DNA of 64,000 bases, from positions 41,850,001 to 41,914,000 of the forward strand of contig CM114271.1 in the NCBI GenBank assembly GCA_050084515.1. Reading direction: 5' to 3'. The stretch comes from Blasia pusilla. Its lineage: Eukaryota. Shown here in pieces: positions 27,301 through 40,191 of this stretch (position 1 is the stretch's first letter; each line of letters starts with the position of its first letter). Below the pieces are notes generated by a model. It was given only the letters and a program-made list of their open reading frames with translations, made no database searches and had not been told where the DNA came from. The translations under genes were made by a program, and so were the position numbers.

Positions 27301-29418
27301 TCAAATCTTGTAGAGGTCATAAATTCCGCCATCAAACCTATTAGGGAGGGACCTCCACTTGTCATTGCTCGTGAGTTGTGGAATTACATGATGAAAACTT
27401 ACGCAGAAAGAAAAGTAGAGGCATGTCACCCAGAGAAGTTCTCCAACAAACTGACTACTTATGCAATTATTCGTTATCGAGAGAATGAAACCAATTATCA
27501 AAGTTTTTGATGTACTAGCCTCAGATGCAACAAATGCACTTGTCACTTCCACAACTAGTGCGCACCAATTTCATGTCCGCTTGCATCCTGAGTGCAGTTG
27601 TTCATGCCTAGAGTTCCAAGATACTTGTTGGCCATGTACGCATGTAATGGCTTGGGATGTCATTGCTGGAATGGACTCACAACAACTTGTTGATCCTATC
27701 TGGACCAATGACTTCATAAGGCAGATCTACAAAAGCAGTGTACCGGTCGTGAAGAGTGATGAACTTATACCATCTTGGGATTTCCGACCTCCCCTTCCTA
27801 CAATTCGGCGTGGTAGACATCGTTATGTGCGCATTCCTGGTGGAAGAGGTGGCGAGATGCAAAGAGGACAAGGAGGTGATGAAGAGATTTCTTATCATGT
27901 ACATGAAGAGTTTGTGAATGAAGATGATGTTGGGAGTGGCTAGCATGCTTATATCCCACCGCGAGGTCCTTTAGGTATTCCTAATGGGCGTAGGGCACCA
28001 ACGATTCGAAATGGGCAAAGGGTTGCCCGCACTTTTGAAAGACGTTGTGGCCATTGTGCACTTCAAGGGCATAATTGGAAAACGTGCCAAGTGCTGAAAG
28101 CGGACCAACTTGTAGGGAGATCTATACCTGATGTCCCAACACGAAGACGTCCCGATGCAAGTCGATTTCTAGCAGAGTATGGAAATCAGAGTAGGCTTTA
28201 CTCAGGAGTTGAAAGTTTATATTCCCAAGAGACTAGAGATACTACCGAAGAACTTAATGTACATGGGAGTGTTGTATCAGGGGGAAATTTGGTGCAGTCT
28301 ATGATGGAGAATGTTTCCACTCCCATAGATCTTGGTAATAGCGCCTCTAATCCCATACCAAATAGTCTAGTATTTCTGAGTGTTTCTCTTGTTTATGGGA
28401 AGTCTGAATCTGATGAAGAGTCTGATGACTTTGAGGAGCAAAATAGTGGCATATCCTTGGCAGAACTTGTGACTGATTCCCAATGGAACCTAGAGGAAGA
28501 AGCATTTTGTATTAGTTTGGCAGAGGAAGCTGTGAAAGAATGTCATATTGCAGAAAAAAATTTATGAAGTCGGATGGAATTGTATTTTGTAGCCTATTTT
28601 TTTCCTGGTATGCAAAATTATGATATTTGTTCATGTTGGAACGCAAAGTATGTTCTTAGTGACATATTAATCTCAAAGTGTCGTAAATATTCACAAAACA
28701 AAATGGAAAATCAACATGCCAAAGCCGCGGTTAAAGAACAAACAGGCTTGGAGTGGTGCCTATTCTGGATGGCTGCTAATCACAGGCCGAGAGCTAAATC
28801 GCCACACGCCTTTCCTCGCTCCCCTCCTTCCTTTTTGTTTTACCTCCCTTCCCTCCCTCTCCTCCCTTCTCCGGAGGTCTTCTAATCTCAGGCCCGACGG
28901 CTAATCACAGGCTCACGACTATTCTTTGGACGGCTGCTAATCACAGGCCTGATGCTATTCTCTGGACGGCTGCTAATCACAGGCCTGCGGCTATCCTCTG
29001 GACGGCTGCTATTCACAGGCCGAAGGCTATCCTCTGGACGGTTGCTAATCTCAGGCCCAACGGCTAAGTCCGCACGGTTGCTAAACTGCGACCGACCTTT
29101 CCTGCCTCTCCTCCCTTTATTTTTCCCTCCCCTCTCCCCTCCTTCCCTTTTTTTTTACCTCCCTTCCCTCCGTTATTTTTTTCCTCCCTCTCCTCCCTTC
29201 TCCAAACGGCTTTTTATCTCAGGCCGGAGGCTATTCTCTAGATGGCTGCTAATCGTAGGCCCGGCGGCTATTCTTTGGACGGCTGCTAATCACAGGCTCG
29301 GCGGCTATTCTCTGGACCGCTGCTAATCATAGGCCCGACAACTATTCTCTAGACAGCTGCTAATCACATGCCCGGCGGCTATTCTCTGGACGACTGCTAA
29401 TCACAGGCCTGGCGGCTA

Positions 29419-32400
29419 TGTGAGAAAATAGAAAGTGACAAAATCACTGAAATCTTTACAAAACTTAGAGATACAAAGTGGCCAAGTCCGTTCGTGCGCT
29501 CACAAAAGAGCTTCGATGGAACCTGAACATGGAGATAACTCGACATACGAGAATACGCTACCATTGCGGCTCCTAACTATTTGACAACTTGGGAAAACTA
29601 GGGTTTTTACCTATTTTTCTTCGTTTCTATTAATAGGAAAATTTTGCCGGGGGCTACGCCCTCGAACCCCCGCGTCGTCTTGGCATACCAGGGGCTGCGT
29701 CCCGGCCCCCGTGACGCATCAGGTGCCCTGCACCCTGATGCAATATAGGGTTAGATAAATCTAGTAACGCTACTCCTAAAACCACCTACGTCATATTACT
29801 ATGACTCCTTCGACGTCTAAGTCAGAACCATCAATCTAGGCTTCTCCTCATATAAGGGGGCCGATCAGATTAATGGTGCTCAGAGGAGTGGATGTTGAGA
29901 ATCCAACACCCCCCCTCAATATCCACTCTCATGTGGACTACTGTCTTGGACCTATGCCAAGACCCTTCAGATGTCGGTGAAGCTGATCTCCGCTCAAAGC
30001 TTCCGTGAAGATGTCTGCACGGTTATCCTCTGTTGGACAATAGACTAACTTCAAAACCGCTCTCTCGATCAATTCACGAACAAAGTGATACTGGATCTCT
30101 GTGTGCTTCGTACGAGCATGAAACACATGATTATGTGCTATGGCAATGCAACTGTGATTGTCACACCACATTACAGTAGCATTTTCTGGTGCTTCTCCTA
30201 TGTCCTCCAATATCCATCTCAACCATACTGCTTCACAAGAAGCATAACAAGCCGCCTTGCACTCTGCCTCGGTAGAAGAAAGAGCCACTGTAGGTTGCTT
30301 CTTGCTTCTTGGTGACTCATGACACTACACATGATCCTACCAAGAAGCAATAACCCGAAACTGATCTTCGAGAATCTAAATCTCCTGCCCAATCCGAGTC
30401 ACAAAAACCTATCATTTCCGTCCCTGCTCCATAGGTGATGCCGTACTCGATAGTGCCTTTGATGTACTTCAAAATACGCATCCCTGACTTCCAATGGTTC
30501 TCACGAGGCTTAGTTGAGAACCTACTCAACACTCCCACAACAAAGCTAATGTCTGGTCTAGTGTTACACAAAAATATCAAACTGCCTACAAGCTTTCTGT
30601 ACAACTTTTCATCTACCAATGGTGAAACATCCTCCATCGAGAGTTTCAACTCTACCTCCATTGGCGAGACCACTGCCTTACACTCGGTCATCCCGAATGC
30701 CTTCAAGATTTCTCTAGCATACTTTTGATGAGAGAAAAATAGAATCTGACTATTGCCAAATTTCCAGCCCTATAAAGTAGTGCAGAAGACCTAAATCTGA
30801 CATTTCAAACTCAGATTTCAACACTCCCTTCATTTCCTCTATTTTCTTACTGTGATCTCCTTTGATGATAAGATCATCCACATACAGGACTATCAACATA
30901 TACATCCCATCTTGGCAAAACACATACAAATTTGCTTCTGACCGACTCTTGATGAGACCCTTCTCTCGAAAGAATGTATCTATTCGTTGATACCATATCC
31001 TTGGGGCTTGCTTCAACCCATACAATGCTCGATGAAGTAAACAAACTTTCTCTTCTGATCCGGGTGTCTCAAAACCTGGTGGTTGAGAAACATATACCTC
31101 CTCCTTGAGACTCCCATTCAGAAAGGCAGACTTCACATCGTATTGGTATACAGGCCAACGTCTTGTTCCTTCAACCGCTAGAACAATTCGAATGGTTGTC
31201 ATCCTTGCAGTAGGAGCAAAAGTCTCATAGTAGTCAAAACCTTTGATTTGTGAGCATCCTTGTGCAACCAACCTCGCTTTGAATTTATCCAATGTACCGT
31301 CCGACTTGTACTTGGTCTTGTACACCCACTTGGTGCGTATTATCTTCATGTCCTTTGGCTTTTCAACCAAAGTCCAAGTTTCATTTCTCTGAATAGCGTC
31401 CATCTCCATCTGCATGGCCTCTCTCTATTGAGGATGAGCCAGGGCCTCATCCAAGCATGATGGCTCTTCCACCTTCAAGACCTTTGTCATCAAGGCCATG
31501 TTGACGAGATGTGCGGAAGCTCTATTTTGCTCCTCTAGTCTCTTGGATCTCCTTGGATGTGTAACAACTTCATTAGTTGCTGGTGGATCCTTACCATCCA
31601 AGAGCTGCTTTATCCACTTAGGGTATGGCGACCGTTGTGGAAGAGCAGGTTGCTCTTTGTAATCATCACCAAATTCTTCTTCTTGATGATCTGGTGTAAA
31701 CATTGGTGGTATGCTCTGGTGGGTTATCTCTTCGTTTGATGATAATATGGACGGACCACCGATATCCGCCACTTGACGAGGCTGTTCTTGGAACACCAGA
31801 TCACGACTCACAAGCATCTTCTTTTCCTCAGGACACCAAAGGCGATAAGCTTTAGACTCATCACTGTATCCCATAAAGATGCACTTCCTGCTCTTGGACT
31901 CCAGCTTGGTCCTCGATGCTTTAGGAATATGTATGAAACACTCACTACCAAAAGTCCTGAAATGTTGGACTGATGGTACCTTACCTGAGTATGATTGATG
32001 AGGAGTCATGCCTTGCATTGACTTGGTAGCACTTCTATTTAGAATGTATACGGCAGTATTAACAGCTTCAGCCCAAAATCCTTCTATCAAACCTTTTTCT
32101 TTCATCATACATCTTGCCATCTCCACCACCGTACGGTTTCGACGCTCAACAACTCCATTTTTTTGTGGTGTATGTGCCATGGTTAACTGTCGCTTGATTC
32201 CATGCTCCCCCAAATATCTGTTGAATTCTGTTGATAAGAATTCTCCTCCTCGATCGTCGCGAAACTTTTGTGCCTTCTTTCCTGTCTCATTCTCAACCAC
32301 CTTGTGCCATACTTTAAATTTTCCAAAAGCACTTGCCTTATCACGAAGGAAATATATCCACATCTTCCTACTATAATCGTCGACAACTAAAAAGAAGTAG

Positions 32401-34414
32401 GAAGAACCACCTAATGCCACTGTTCTCATTTTACCACAGAGTTCAGCATGTATCAACTCTAGAGGAGCCTTTGCTCTATTGTTGGACTCTTGTGGAAATG
32501 GTTTTCGGTGTTGCTTGCCCATCATACAAGCTTCTCAAGTATCCGACATTCCAGAAATTGTTGGTAAATCAGCAACCATGCCAGATTTCTGCATCTGACT
32601 TAATAAGGGAAAGCTTAGGTGACCAAATCTTTCATGCCATAACTTACTGCTACTAAGATCTGTACCTACACTTGTCGTGAAAGCATACAACTCGTAGATA
32701 CTTCCACGTCGTATACCTTCATCCACTACTTTCCCATTGGCATCCTCAATGACTGCTCTAGTTTTCTTGAAATGAACTTCTAGGTCACGATCACATAAAT
32801 ACTGCCGTTGAAATCAAATTTTGCTTCAACTCTAGTACGTACAGTACATCAGTTAACTTCTTTTCATCTCCTTTTTGTGAGACTAAAGAAATTGTGCCTT
32901 TCCCTTCTTCAGGGCACTTTGCATTATTCCCAACAGTAACAACGATGGGCCTCTGAGAGGTGTGAAGGAGCTATACCAATCCTTATGATTGGTCATATGC
33001 CTAGATGCTCCACTATTGAGCACCCATGCATCTTCACTCTTTGACTTAGTGGAATGTTCTGCCTGTGTGCAAAACTCTTCTATTGCTACCCAAGCATCTA
33101 CTTCATGTTCTTCTAGTTCTACAGAATTTCCAGACTCCTTCTTAGGTCTTAAACAACCGTTCTTCTCATCTTGACTCCTCTTTCTACAATCTTTGATAAG
33201 ATGACCTAGCTTACCAGAATAAAAGTATTTGAAGGCTTTTCTTGGAAATTTCTTCTTGACATTTGAATTGTAATCCTGATTTGTACCTCTCTGTACGTTG
33301 GCAGTAAATGCTGCATCACTTCCCTCTCTTGCTTTGAAGCACATTTCCTCTTCTACCAACATTGCACTAAATTGTTCAAAAGTAAGCGGCAAGGGTCTTA
33401 CTTGATTATTCAGTGCAATGACCAAACTGTCATATCTTGGAGGCAAATCCTTATGCATCGACGTGCCAAATCTTTGCTAGACTTTGAAATTCCTACAGAC
33501 GCCATCTGATCTTGAAGATTCTTGATCCTTGTCAAAAATTGCTCCGCGCTTTCTCCTTCTGAAAATTTCTTGGAGGTAAGCTGATTCTCCAGATTCTGTA
33601 TCCGAGTCTCATTCCTCGTTTCATGCTCATTCTTCAAAATTTTCCATGCCTCAGCAGCAGTGGTTGTATGTTGAATGAGAGTCATGACAGAATCAATTAC
33701 ATTCGTGACAATCGCATATAGAGCATCAGCGTTTATGCGTCTCCATGCCAACAATACAACATGATCGATATCCCCAGATGAAGATGAACATGCAGAACTC
33801 AAAGTAGCTTGTGGATTTGAATCGACCCCTGTGGCCGTTTCCCAGATCTCAAATGATTCGAGGACAGTTCTCATTTTGAACTTCCACAACGTATAGTTAG
33901 ACCCATCTAACTTCCCTTTACCCAGCGGAGGAGGGCCAGCACGAACTGACGAAGAAGTAGCCATCTCTCAAGATTTTGTGCAAACACACTAGATCTTGGA
34001 GATACAAAATCTTTGGAAAACCCTATCGCTCGATACCATGTGAGAAAATAGAAAATGACGAAATCACTGAAATCTTTACAAAACTTAGAGATACAAAGTG
34101 GCCTAGTCTGTCCGTGCGCTCACTGAAGAGCTTCGATGGAACCTGAACATGGAGATAACTCGACATACGAGAATACGCTACTGCTGCGGCTCCCGACTAT
34201 TTGACTACTCGGGAAAACTAGAGTTTTTACCTATTTTTCTTCGTTTCTATTAATAGAAACATAAACCTAGTAACGCTACTCCTAAAACCACCTACGTCAT
34301 ATTACTATGACTCCTTCGACGTCTAAGTCGGAACCATCAATCTAGGCTTCTCCTCATACAAGGGGGCCGATCAGATTTATGGTGCTTAGAGGAGTGGATG
34401 TTGAGAATCCAACA
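29419..34414 (-). mobile_element. Full-length Ty1/Copia LTR retrotransposon (5.0 kb, decayed)
   Basis: LTRs 29419-29908 and 34039-34414 (TGTGAG...CCAACA), TSD GGCTA, Met-i type PBS TGGTATC-GAGC at 34028-34038, PPT at 29909-29919. Confidence 0.97.
29938..33964 (-). pseudogene. Copia gag-pol polyprotein (gag, PR, GAG-pre-INT, INT, RT, RH) with stops and frameshifts
   Basis: KLDGSNYTLWK (gag); WVLNSGASRHM (PR, D to N); LWHERFGH; VDDYSR...DRGGEF...NGVVERRNRT (INT); KARLVAQG, DVKSAFLNG and LYVDD (RT); CDSDWAG, SSTEAE and ADIFT (RH). Confidence 0.95.
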
Positions 34415-34720
34415 GGCTATTCACAGGACGGCTGCTAATCACAAGCCCAATGACTATTCTTTGGACGGCTGCTAATCACAAGCCCAACGACTATTCTTTG
34501 GACGGCCGCTAATCATTGCCCCGCGGCTATTTTTTGGACGGTTGCTAATCACAGGCCCGACCGCTATTCTCTGGACGGCTACTAATCAGAGGCCCGACGG
34601 CTGTTCTCTGGACAGCTGCTAATCACAGGCCCGACGGCTATTCTCTGGACGGCTGCTAATCACAGGCCCGGCGGCAATTTTCTGGACGGCTACTAATCAC
34701 AGGCCCGACGGCTGTTCTCT

Positions 34721-35546
34721 CCTTCCTCTATTTTTTCCTTGCTATCCTCCATTCCCTCACTTATTTTTCCCTCCCCCCCACCCTCTCCTCCCTTCATTTT
34801 TCCTTTATTCCCTCCCTTATTCCCCCCCACTCCCTTAATTTTTCCTCCTTCTTTTTGTTCTCTCCGTCCTCTATTTTTTCCTCTCCGTCCTTCCTCTTCA
34901 CGCTTCATTTTTCCTCCATTCCCTCCCCCCTCCCTTATATTTTCCTCCCTCTCCTTCCATTTTATTTTCTTCTACACCCTCCCTCTCCTCCCTTCATGTT
35001 TCCTCCATTCCCTCACTAATCTAAACTCCTCCCCCTCACTATTTTTTTACTCCCTCTACTCCCTCTACTTCCTTTTTTTTCCTCCATTCCCTCCCTTATT
35101 TTTTCCCTCCCATCCCCTCACTATTTTTTTACTCCCTCTACTTCCTTTTTATTCCTCCATTCCCTCCCTTATTTTTTCCCTCCCCCCTCCCTTATATTTT
35201 CCTCCCTCTCCTTCCATTTTATTTTCTTCTACACCCTCCCTCACTATTTTTTTAATGTTTCCTCTATTCCCTCACTAATCTAGACCCCCCCCCTTCACTA
35301 TTTTTTTACTCCCTCTACTTCTTTTTTTTTTTTCCTCCATTCCCTCCCCCCTCCATTATTTTTTCCTCCTTCTCCTTCCTTTTCTTTTTCCTCTCCTCCC
35401 TTCATTTTTTTCCTCTCCTTCCTCATTTTCCTCACCCCCCCTCCTTTTTTTTCCTCCCTCTCCTTCCTCCCCTTCCTAGATTTTCCTCCCTCTCGTTCAT
35501 TTTATTTTCCTCTCCTTCCTCAATTTTCTCCACCCTCCCCTTCCTC
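34721..35546. repeat. Polypyrimidine (C/T) low-complexity tract, ~0.8 kb
   Basis: Almost G-free plus strand built from CCTCC and TTTTC units. Confidence 0.9.
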
Positions 35547-36234
35547 TCAAAATTTAGATGCTGTTGAAGTGCGGGTAAGGGAGTCAGGCCGGCCTGCGGC
35601 TACGGTGCGCAAAAGGGAGTATGGCCGGCGTGCGGCTATGATGCGTAACAGGGGACGGGTTGGCTTGCGGTTATGATGCGTTGCGGTCTGCACCCAGCGG
35701 TAGTTTCTTGAAGCTCGACCTTGGATATCGAAGAGAAACCTGAAATGCATGCACGCGAGTGGGCCAAGGGCAGGCACGGCTAGGACGTGAGTGATTTTTT
35801 CAGATTTCATATTTCACATTTCAGGTTGAGGCCGAATGAGCTCGATTGCTGGGTGAGGGTGATGAAGGTCGAATGTGGTCTTGGGCGGATTGCGAATGCA
35901 GAGCTTTGGCTTCTCTTGGGCGGATTGCGATTGTGGAGCTTTGGCGGCTAATGTGTGGATTTGGGATGCTAGGGTCTCAAGTGCAGCCTGCGGTAGATTT
36001 GAGGTCAAATTGATGCCATTTGAAGTGAAATGCAGGGTTTGGGGTTTCAGATTTTGACGGATGTGGGATGATTCGATGGAATAGAAAATTGTTAGGGTCT
36101 CAACCGCAGCCGGCGGCACATTTTAGGTCAATTTGAAGCAATATGTTGTTGCAGATTTTGCTTGGAGTTGTGGATTTTGACGCATGTGGGCAGATTCATG
36201 TGTCAAATTTCAAGATGGTAGGATCATGCCGCAG

Positions 36235-37050
36235 CCGGCGGCTAATTTCTAGCAACATTTCTTGGAGTTGGGGAATTTTGATGCTGCTGGCGGTTAATTG
36301 AGATGCCCAATGTTTTTTATTCTTTCAGGTTTCACCTGCAGCCAGCGACTAATTTGCAGCTGTATCCCATAACCCATGCTTTTGTGATTTAGGGTCAGTA
36401 GCAACGTTAGGGTCTCTAATGCAGCCAAGGGCTAATTTCTAGGCAACTTGTCGTTATCACGAGTTGCGGACCGGGGTTGGAGGTGCGGATTTGACTCCCT
36501 TTTGGTGGCTAATTTCTAGGAAAATTTCATGGAGTTGGGCAATTTTGATGCAGCCTGAGGTTAATTGAGATGCCCCATGTTTTTGATTCTTTCAGACTTC
36601 AGCCGCAGCCGGCGACTAATTTGCAGCCGCATCCCATAGCCCATGCTTTTGTGATTTAGGATCAGCAGCAACGCTAGGGTCTCCAATGCAGCCGGGGGCT
36701 AATTTCTAGGCAACTTGTCATTATCAGGAGTTGCGGACCGGGGTTGGAGGTGCGGATTTCACTCCCTTTGGCGGCTAATTTCTAGGAAAATTTCATGGAG
36801 TTGGGCAATTTGATGCAGCCGGCGAATAATTAAGATGCCCCATGTTTTTTTTTTCTTTCACTTTTTAGCCGCATCCCGCGGCTAAAAAGCAGCCGCAGCC
36901 TAGAGCCCATGCTTTTGTGATTTAGGGTCAGCAGCAACGCTAGGGTCTTCAGTGCGGTCGGTGGCTAATTTCCAGGAAAATTATTGTTATCAGGAGTTGC
37001 GGACCGGGTTTGGAGGTGCGGATTGGACTCCCTTGCACTCACTCTCAAGG
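36235..37050. repeat. ~267-bp tandem repeat, about 3 copies (core GCGGCTAATTT)
   Basis: CCCATGCTTTTGTGATTTAGG and GAGTTGCGGACCGGG each recur three times at ~267-bp spacing. Confidence 0.85.
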
Positions 37051-38659
37051 TAAATTCATGGACGCTAGGCCTCGTCCGCAGCCGGCCACTAATTAGCAAT
37101 GTGCTTTCAAATTTTTCAGGTTTTGGCCACAGCCGGCGGCTAATTTGCAGATCAACCACCGGCTACTCTAGAGCCGGTTGTGTCGTTGTCAAAGGAGGTG
37201 GATCCCTCTACTGCAAGAAGCTCCAGTTGCGTGGGTGTTGAGGGGCTTGCAGGTTGGAAATGGCTTGTCCTCTTCTACTCCTTCCTCCCTCTCTTTCTTT
37301 TTGGCTCCTTCTTCTCCTTCTTCTTTTTCCAATGCTTCTTCTGCTTCCTCTTCTTGTTCTACTTCGTCATCGTCTTCTTCTGCTGTTGGGTTTATCATGT
37401 CTCCCGCTTCATACTTGTGTGTTTAGGGTGCCTACCTTATTTCCTTCTCCTCATCCTGTGCTAGGGTTATAGATTCGGATTGCAAAGTAGCATCCAAGAT
37501 CAATAGGGGATCAGAGAAACTAAAGAGCTTACGCAAATTGCATAGAAAAGGTTGTTCACAATCCACCATAGCTTAAACAGTGAGGGAAGTTGAAGATCTA
37601 CCTTGGATTATGAAGAGATGGGTCAAAACTCAAGAAAATCAACCTGTAGGTAGAAAAGATATTGCCCTGAGGTGTCTGCACAGCTTGCAATGTTTCTCAC
37701 ATATAGGCGAATGGCTTGTTTAAAGTGCTCAAGAGATTGAAAGAGATTCCTTGTGCTGTGGTTTCTCTTCGAGAAGGGAATAACTGAAGCGCTCAAACCC
37801 ATAATCAAAGATGGATGGATCTCTGCATGGGTGTATACAGAGGCCCCCGCACTCCTCTTCCTAGCCCTTTAAATGTCTTCTCCATGAAAGGAAATCATGG
37901 CTTTCTCTTCTTCCTCTGTGCCCCAGAACTCTACTACACCCTTGCTCTACAACCATGCAAGGCATTCCATTGGAGAGAGTCATACATTATTTTCTGAAAT
38001 ATACCCTTCGTTGAGAACCAAGGACTGGTTTTTGGAAATCAATAGAGGCCTCAAAAGTCGGCCACCATCTTTACTCATATGAAACTCTTGCTTCTTCCGA
38101 TCCATGACTACCTCGACCAGAATGATAATAGACAAGCTGTCATATCAATGAATAACACTACATTGATGAAAGATAGTACACTACATTCAACCCACCCTCA
38201 ATTGAGCTATGTTGCGTCTAGCTTGCTCCAAAGTACAGGTCCTTCACCCACATGACTTTAAAAAGACCAACTCATCTTGTATTTAACTTGGTCTGGACAG
38301 TGGAAATTGTGTCTATTGATAGTGTTCCAATCCATTTCCCTTTCACAAATACTTTTGAGATAGTAAGCAAGGTGGATGGAGAGACTTCTTGAAGATACAC
38401 AATATCAGCAGTTCCTAGAACTTGAAGTACAGGTGCTTCTGAAGATTGTGACTCACAATCCCTGTGGGAGCCATGTTCTTTACAAGCCCATATGAGTCTC
38501 CATCTAGCGTATTGATCGGGCATGTGTCCTCCCACTGAGAGAAAGTCCTACAAGAGTTGTCACTGATGTGCTTGAGGACTACTTCTTAGTTGGGTTTGGT
38601 GCCTTTACCATACCAACACTAAAATTAATTTCTTGCAGGGACGAAATCCAAGTCAAACT

Positions 38660-39560
38660 ATGGAATTAGGGTTCCCATTAAAAGATGTCATTTATCGGAC
38701 AGAATTTGCTAGGTTGGAGGAAGATGTAGATAAGGACATGGCTGTTACCATGGGAGTCGCTGCACTGTAGGATGTGGATTGGACCGTCTGTAATAAGGAT
38801 GTGGTCATAAACTTCTTGAGCACGTTCAACCCCGACACTTCAGAGGGGATGCTTCGACAAATCTACGGGCATACATGTCAGAGTATGCGTTATGTATCTC
38901 TCCAGAACTCATAGCAATTGCTTTCCAATTCAAGCACCTTGGCTCATTTTTATCCATGGAGCGCCAACATATTGATCAAGAGGAGCCAAGAATTTATTCC
39001 AAGCACCTCACTAAGCTGGAGAAGAATAGCCACGGATACAAGCTAGGGTATGTTGTGCCAGAGAACTTTCGGGCACTACTATTACAATGAATGGTTGCTT
39101 TCATATGAAAGCAAACCACGAGTGTGTCCCTGCAAGCATGCTTTCGATGGCATGCCGGGATTGGGAAGGGATTCCGGTGGATTGGGCAACCTATGTCTAC
39201 AGGAAACTCATGCTTGATATCAGGCAAGTCCTCCGACCAAGAGCCAAGAAAGAGAAAGTGAGAGAAAGCGGAGTTGGAGTTATTTTGACCATTCTCTTCA
39301 ACCATGGCGATGATCGGACCTCACATGAGGTGACAGTAGCAGAGGCCCGCCTAGTATCAGATCCGAAATTGAAAGGGAAGGCAAAGTTGAGTGGGACTCC
39401 ACCGACCGAGCCCAAGAATCCTCGGTAGAGGAAAAATGCAGGAAAGGAGGAGAGTGAGCCCAAAGACAAATCAGAGCGATTATGCATAAAATTGAATCTA
39501 CCTACCAAAGACACTACTACACGGAAGGCACCAACTTCAGATGATAGCGATGATTTCATT
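38660..39560 (+). pseudogene. Decayed transposon-accessory-type ORF of unknown function
   Basis: MELGFPLKDVIY...VINFLSTFNP...ISPELIAIAF...IPVDWATYVYRKL...VILTILF across a stop and frameshifts. Motif spacing resembles the Gypsy extra ORF at 15135-16031. Confidence 0.45.
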
Positions 39561-39589
39561 GCTCAAAAGAAGATACCGAGAAAGAAGAG

Positions 39590-40191
39590 TTCCTCACAGC
39601 TAAGATGGATGTCTTTGCCCCTGGAAAAAGTGGCTTGCATGCTTGTGCAAGCTTCAGAAATTGATCATCATCAATTCCAATGTCTACATTATTTGTTGTA
39701 TCCATCGGATCATTCCTACTATCCTCAACCCCTACCTCATGATCCTCATCATCATGGAGGTGATCGTATTGCATAAACATATCACTCAACATTTTTTGAA
39801 CATCAATATCAACATCCAAGTGTTGCCTCTTCGTGTATGATTTTTTTAGCTTGGTCCTTGAAGGACTCTTGATCTTGAATATACACTCCTTGTCAAAGGA
39901 ATCCCACTCGTGTCTACTCTTTGGGATGCAAAAAAGATGAAAGCCTTCAAACTTTTTCAGATGCTCTTCAAGCCTATGAAGAGATAGATAAGTCCCCCTT
40001 TTGCATTGATTACAAGTGCATCTCACTCTCTTCATCCCCAATATGCGGGCTAGGGCTAGAACCTGCTCTCTTTGCCATAATTTGAAATTGTGTACTAAGA
40101 CTTGATATGGATGATCAAAAGGCAAACGACCTTGGGAGGTCATTGGTGGTTTCATGAAAATATCTATTTGGATATCCAATACAAATAACAA
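39590..40191 (-). pseudogene. N-terminal fragment of a CACTA/En-Spm TnpD-like transposase
   Basis: RVRCTCNQCK...LEEHLKKFEGF (transposase-associated zinc domain) followed by an acidic linker and AQACKPLFPGAKTSIL (PLYxG..S.L motif). Truncated before the catalytic region. Confidence 0.75.

Larger units (their letters stand above)
11537..28567 (+). pseudogene. Spliced Mutator-like (MULE) transposase pseudogene 'MULE-A'; exons 11537-11780, 25177-26737, 27165-28567
   Basis: Domains: CKYEVCEWRVRC...HTC (Mutator DNA-binding zinc finger), FKRLFIC...DGNANTIILAFG...CAQHL (MULE core), SNLVEVINS (catalytic E), CSCLEFQDTCWPCTH (SWIM), RCGHCALQGHNWKTC (zinc knuckle, ~28040-28090). Splice sites GTAAGC 11781 / CAG 25176 and GTAAGC 26738 / CAG 27164 both keep frame. 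Premature stops at 25200, 26154 and 27941 plus frameshifts. First catalytic D reads A (VVGLAAC) and the second-D segment appears deleted. Confidence 0.85.
28760..34720. repeat. 37-bp minisatellite (GGACGGCTGCTAATCACAGGCCCGACGGCTATTCTCT) split by the Copia insertion into 28760-29418 and 34415-34720
   Basis: Unit repeated on both sides of the Copia element; the TSD GGCTA is part of the unit. Confidence 0.9.

Noticed and set aside
34693-35278. Pro/Phe/Ser-rich and Gly/Glu/Lys-rich ORFs
   Set aside because: Translations of the low-complexity C/T tract.
37189-37398. Acidic minus-strand ORF as a mudrB-like second gene of MULE-A
   Set aside because: Low-complexity, short and without recognisable motifs; the element end is undefined.
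11255-37545. Candidate TIRs for MULE-A (GGAATTTGCTTAAG versus CTTACGCAAATTGC)
   Set aside because: Only 12/14 match, it does not extend, and there is no target-site duplication.
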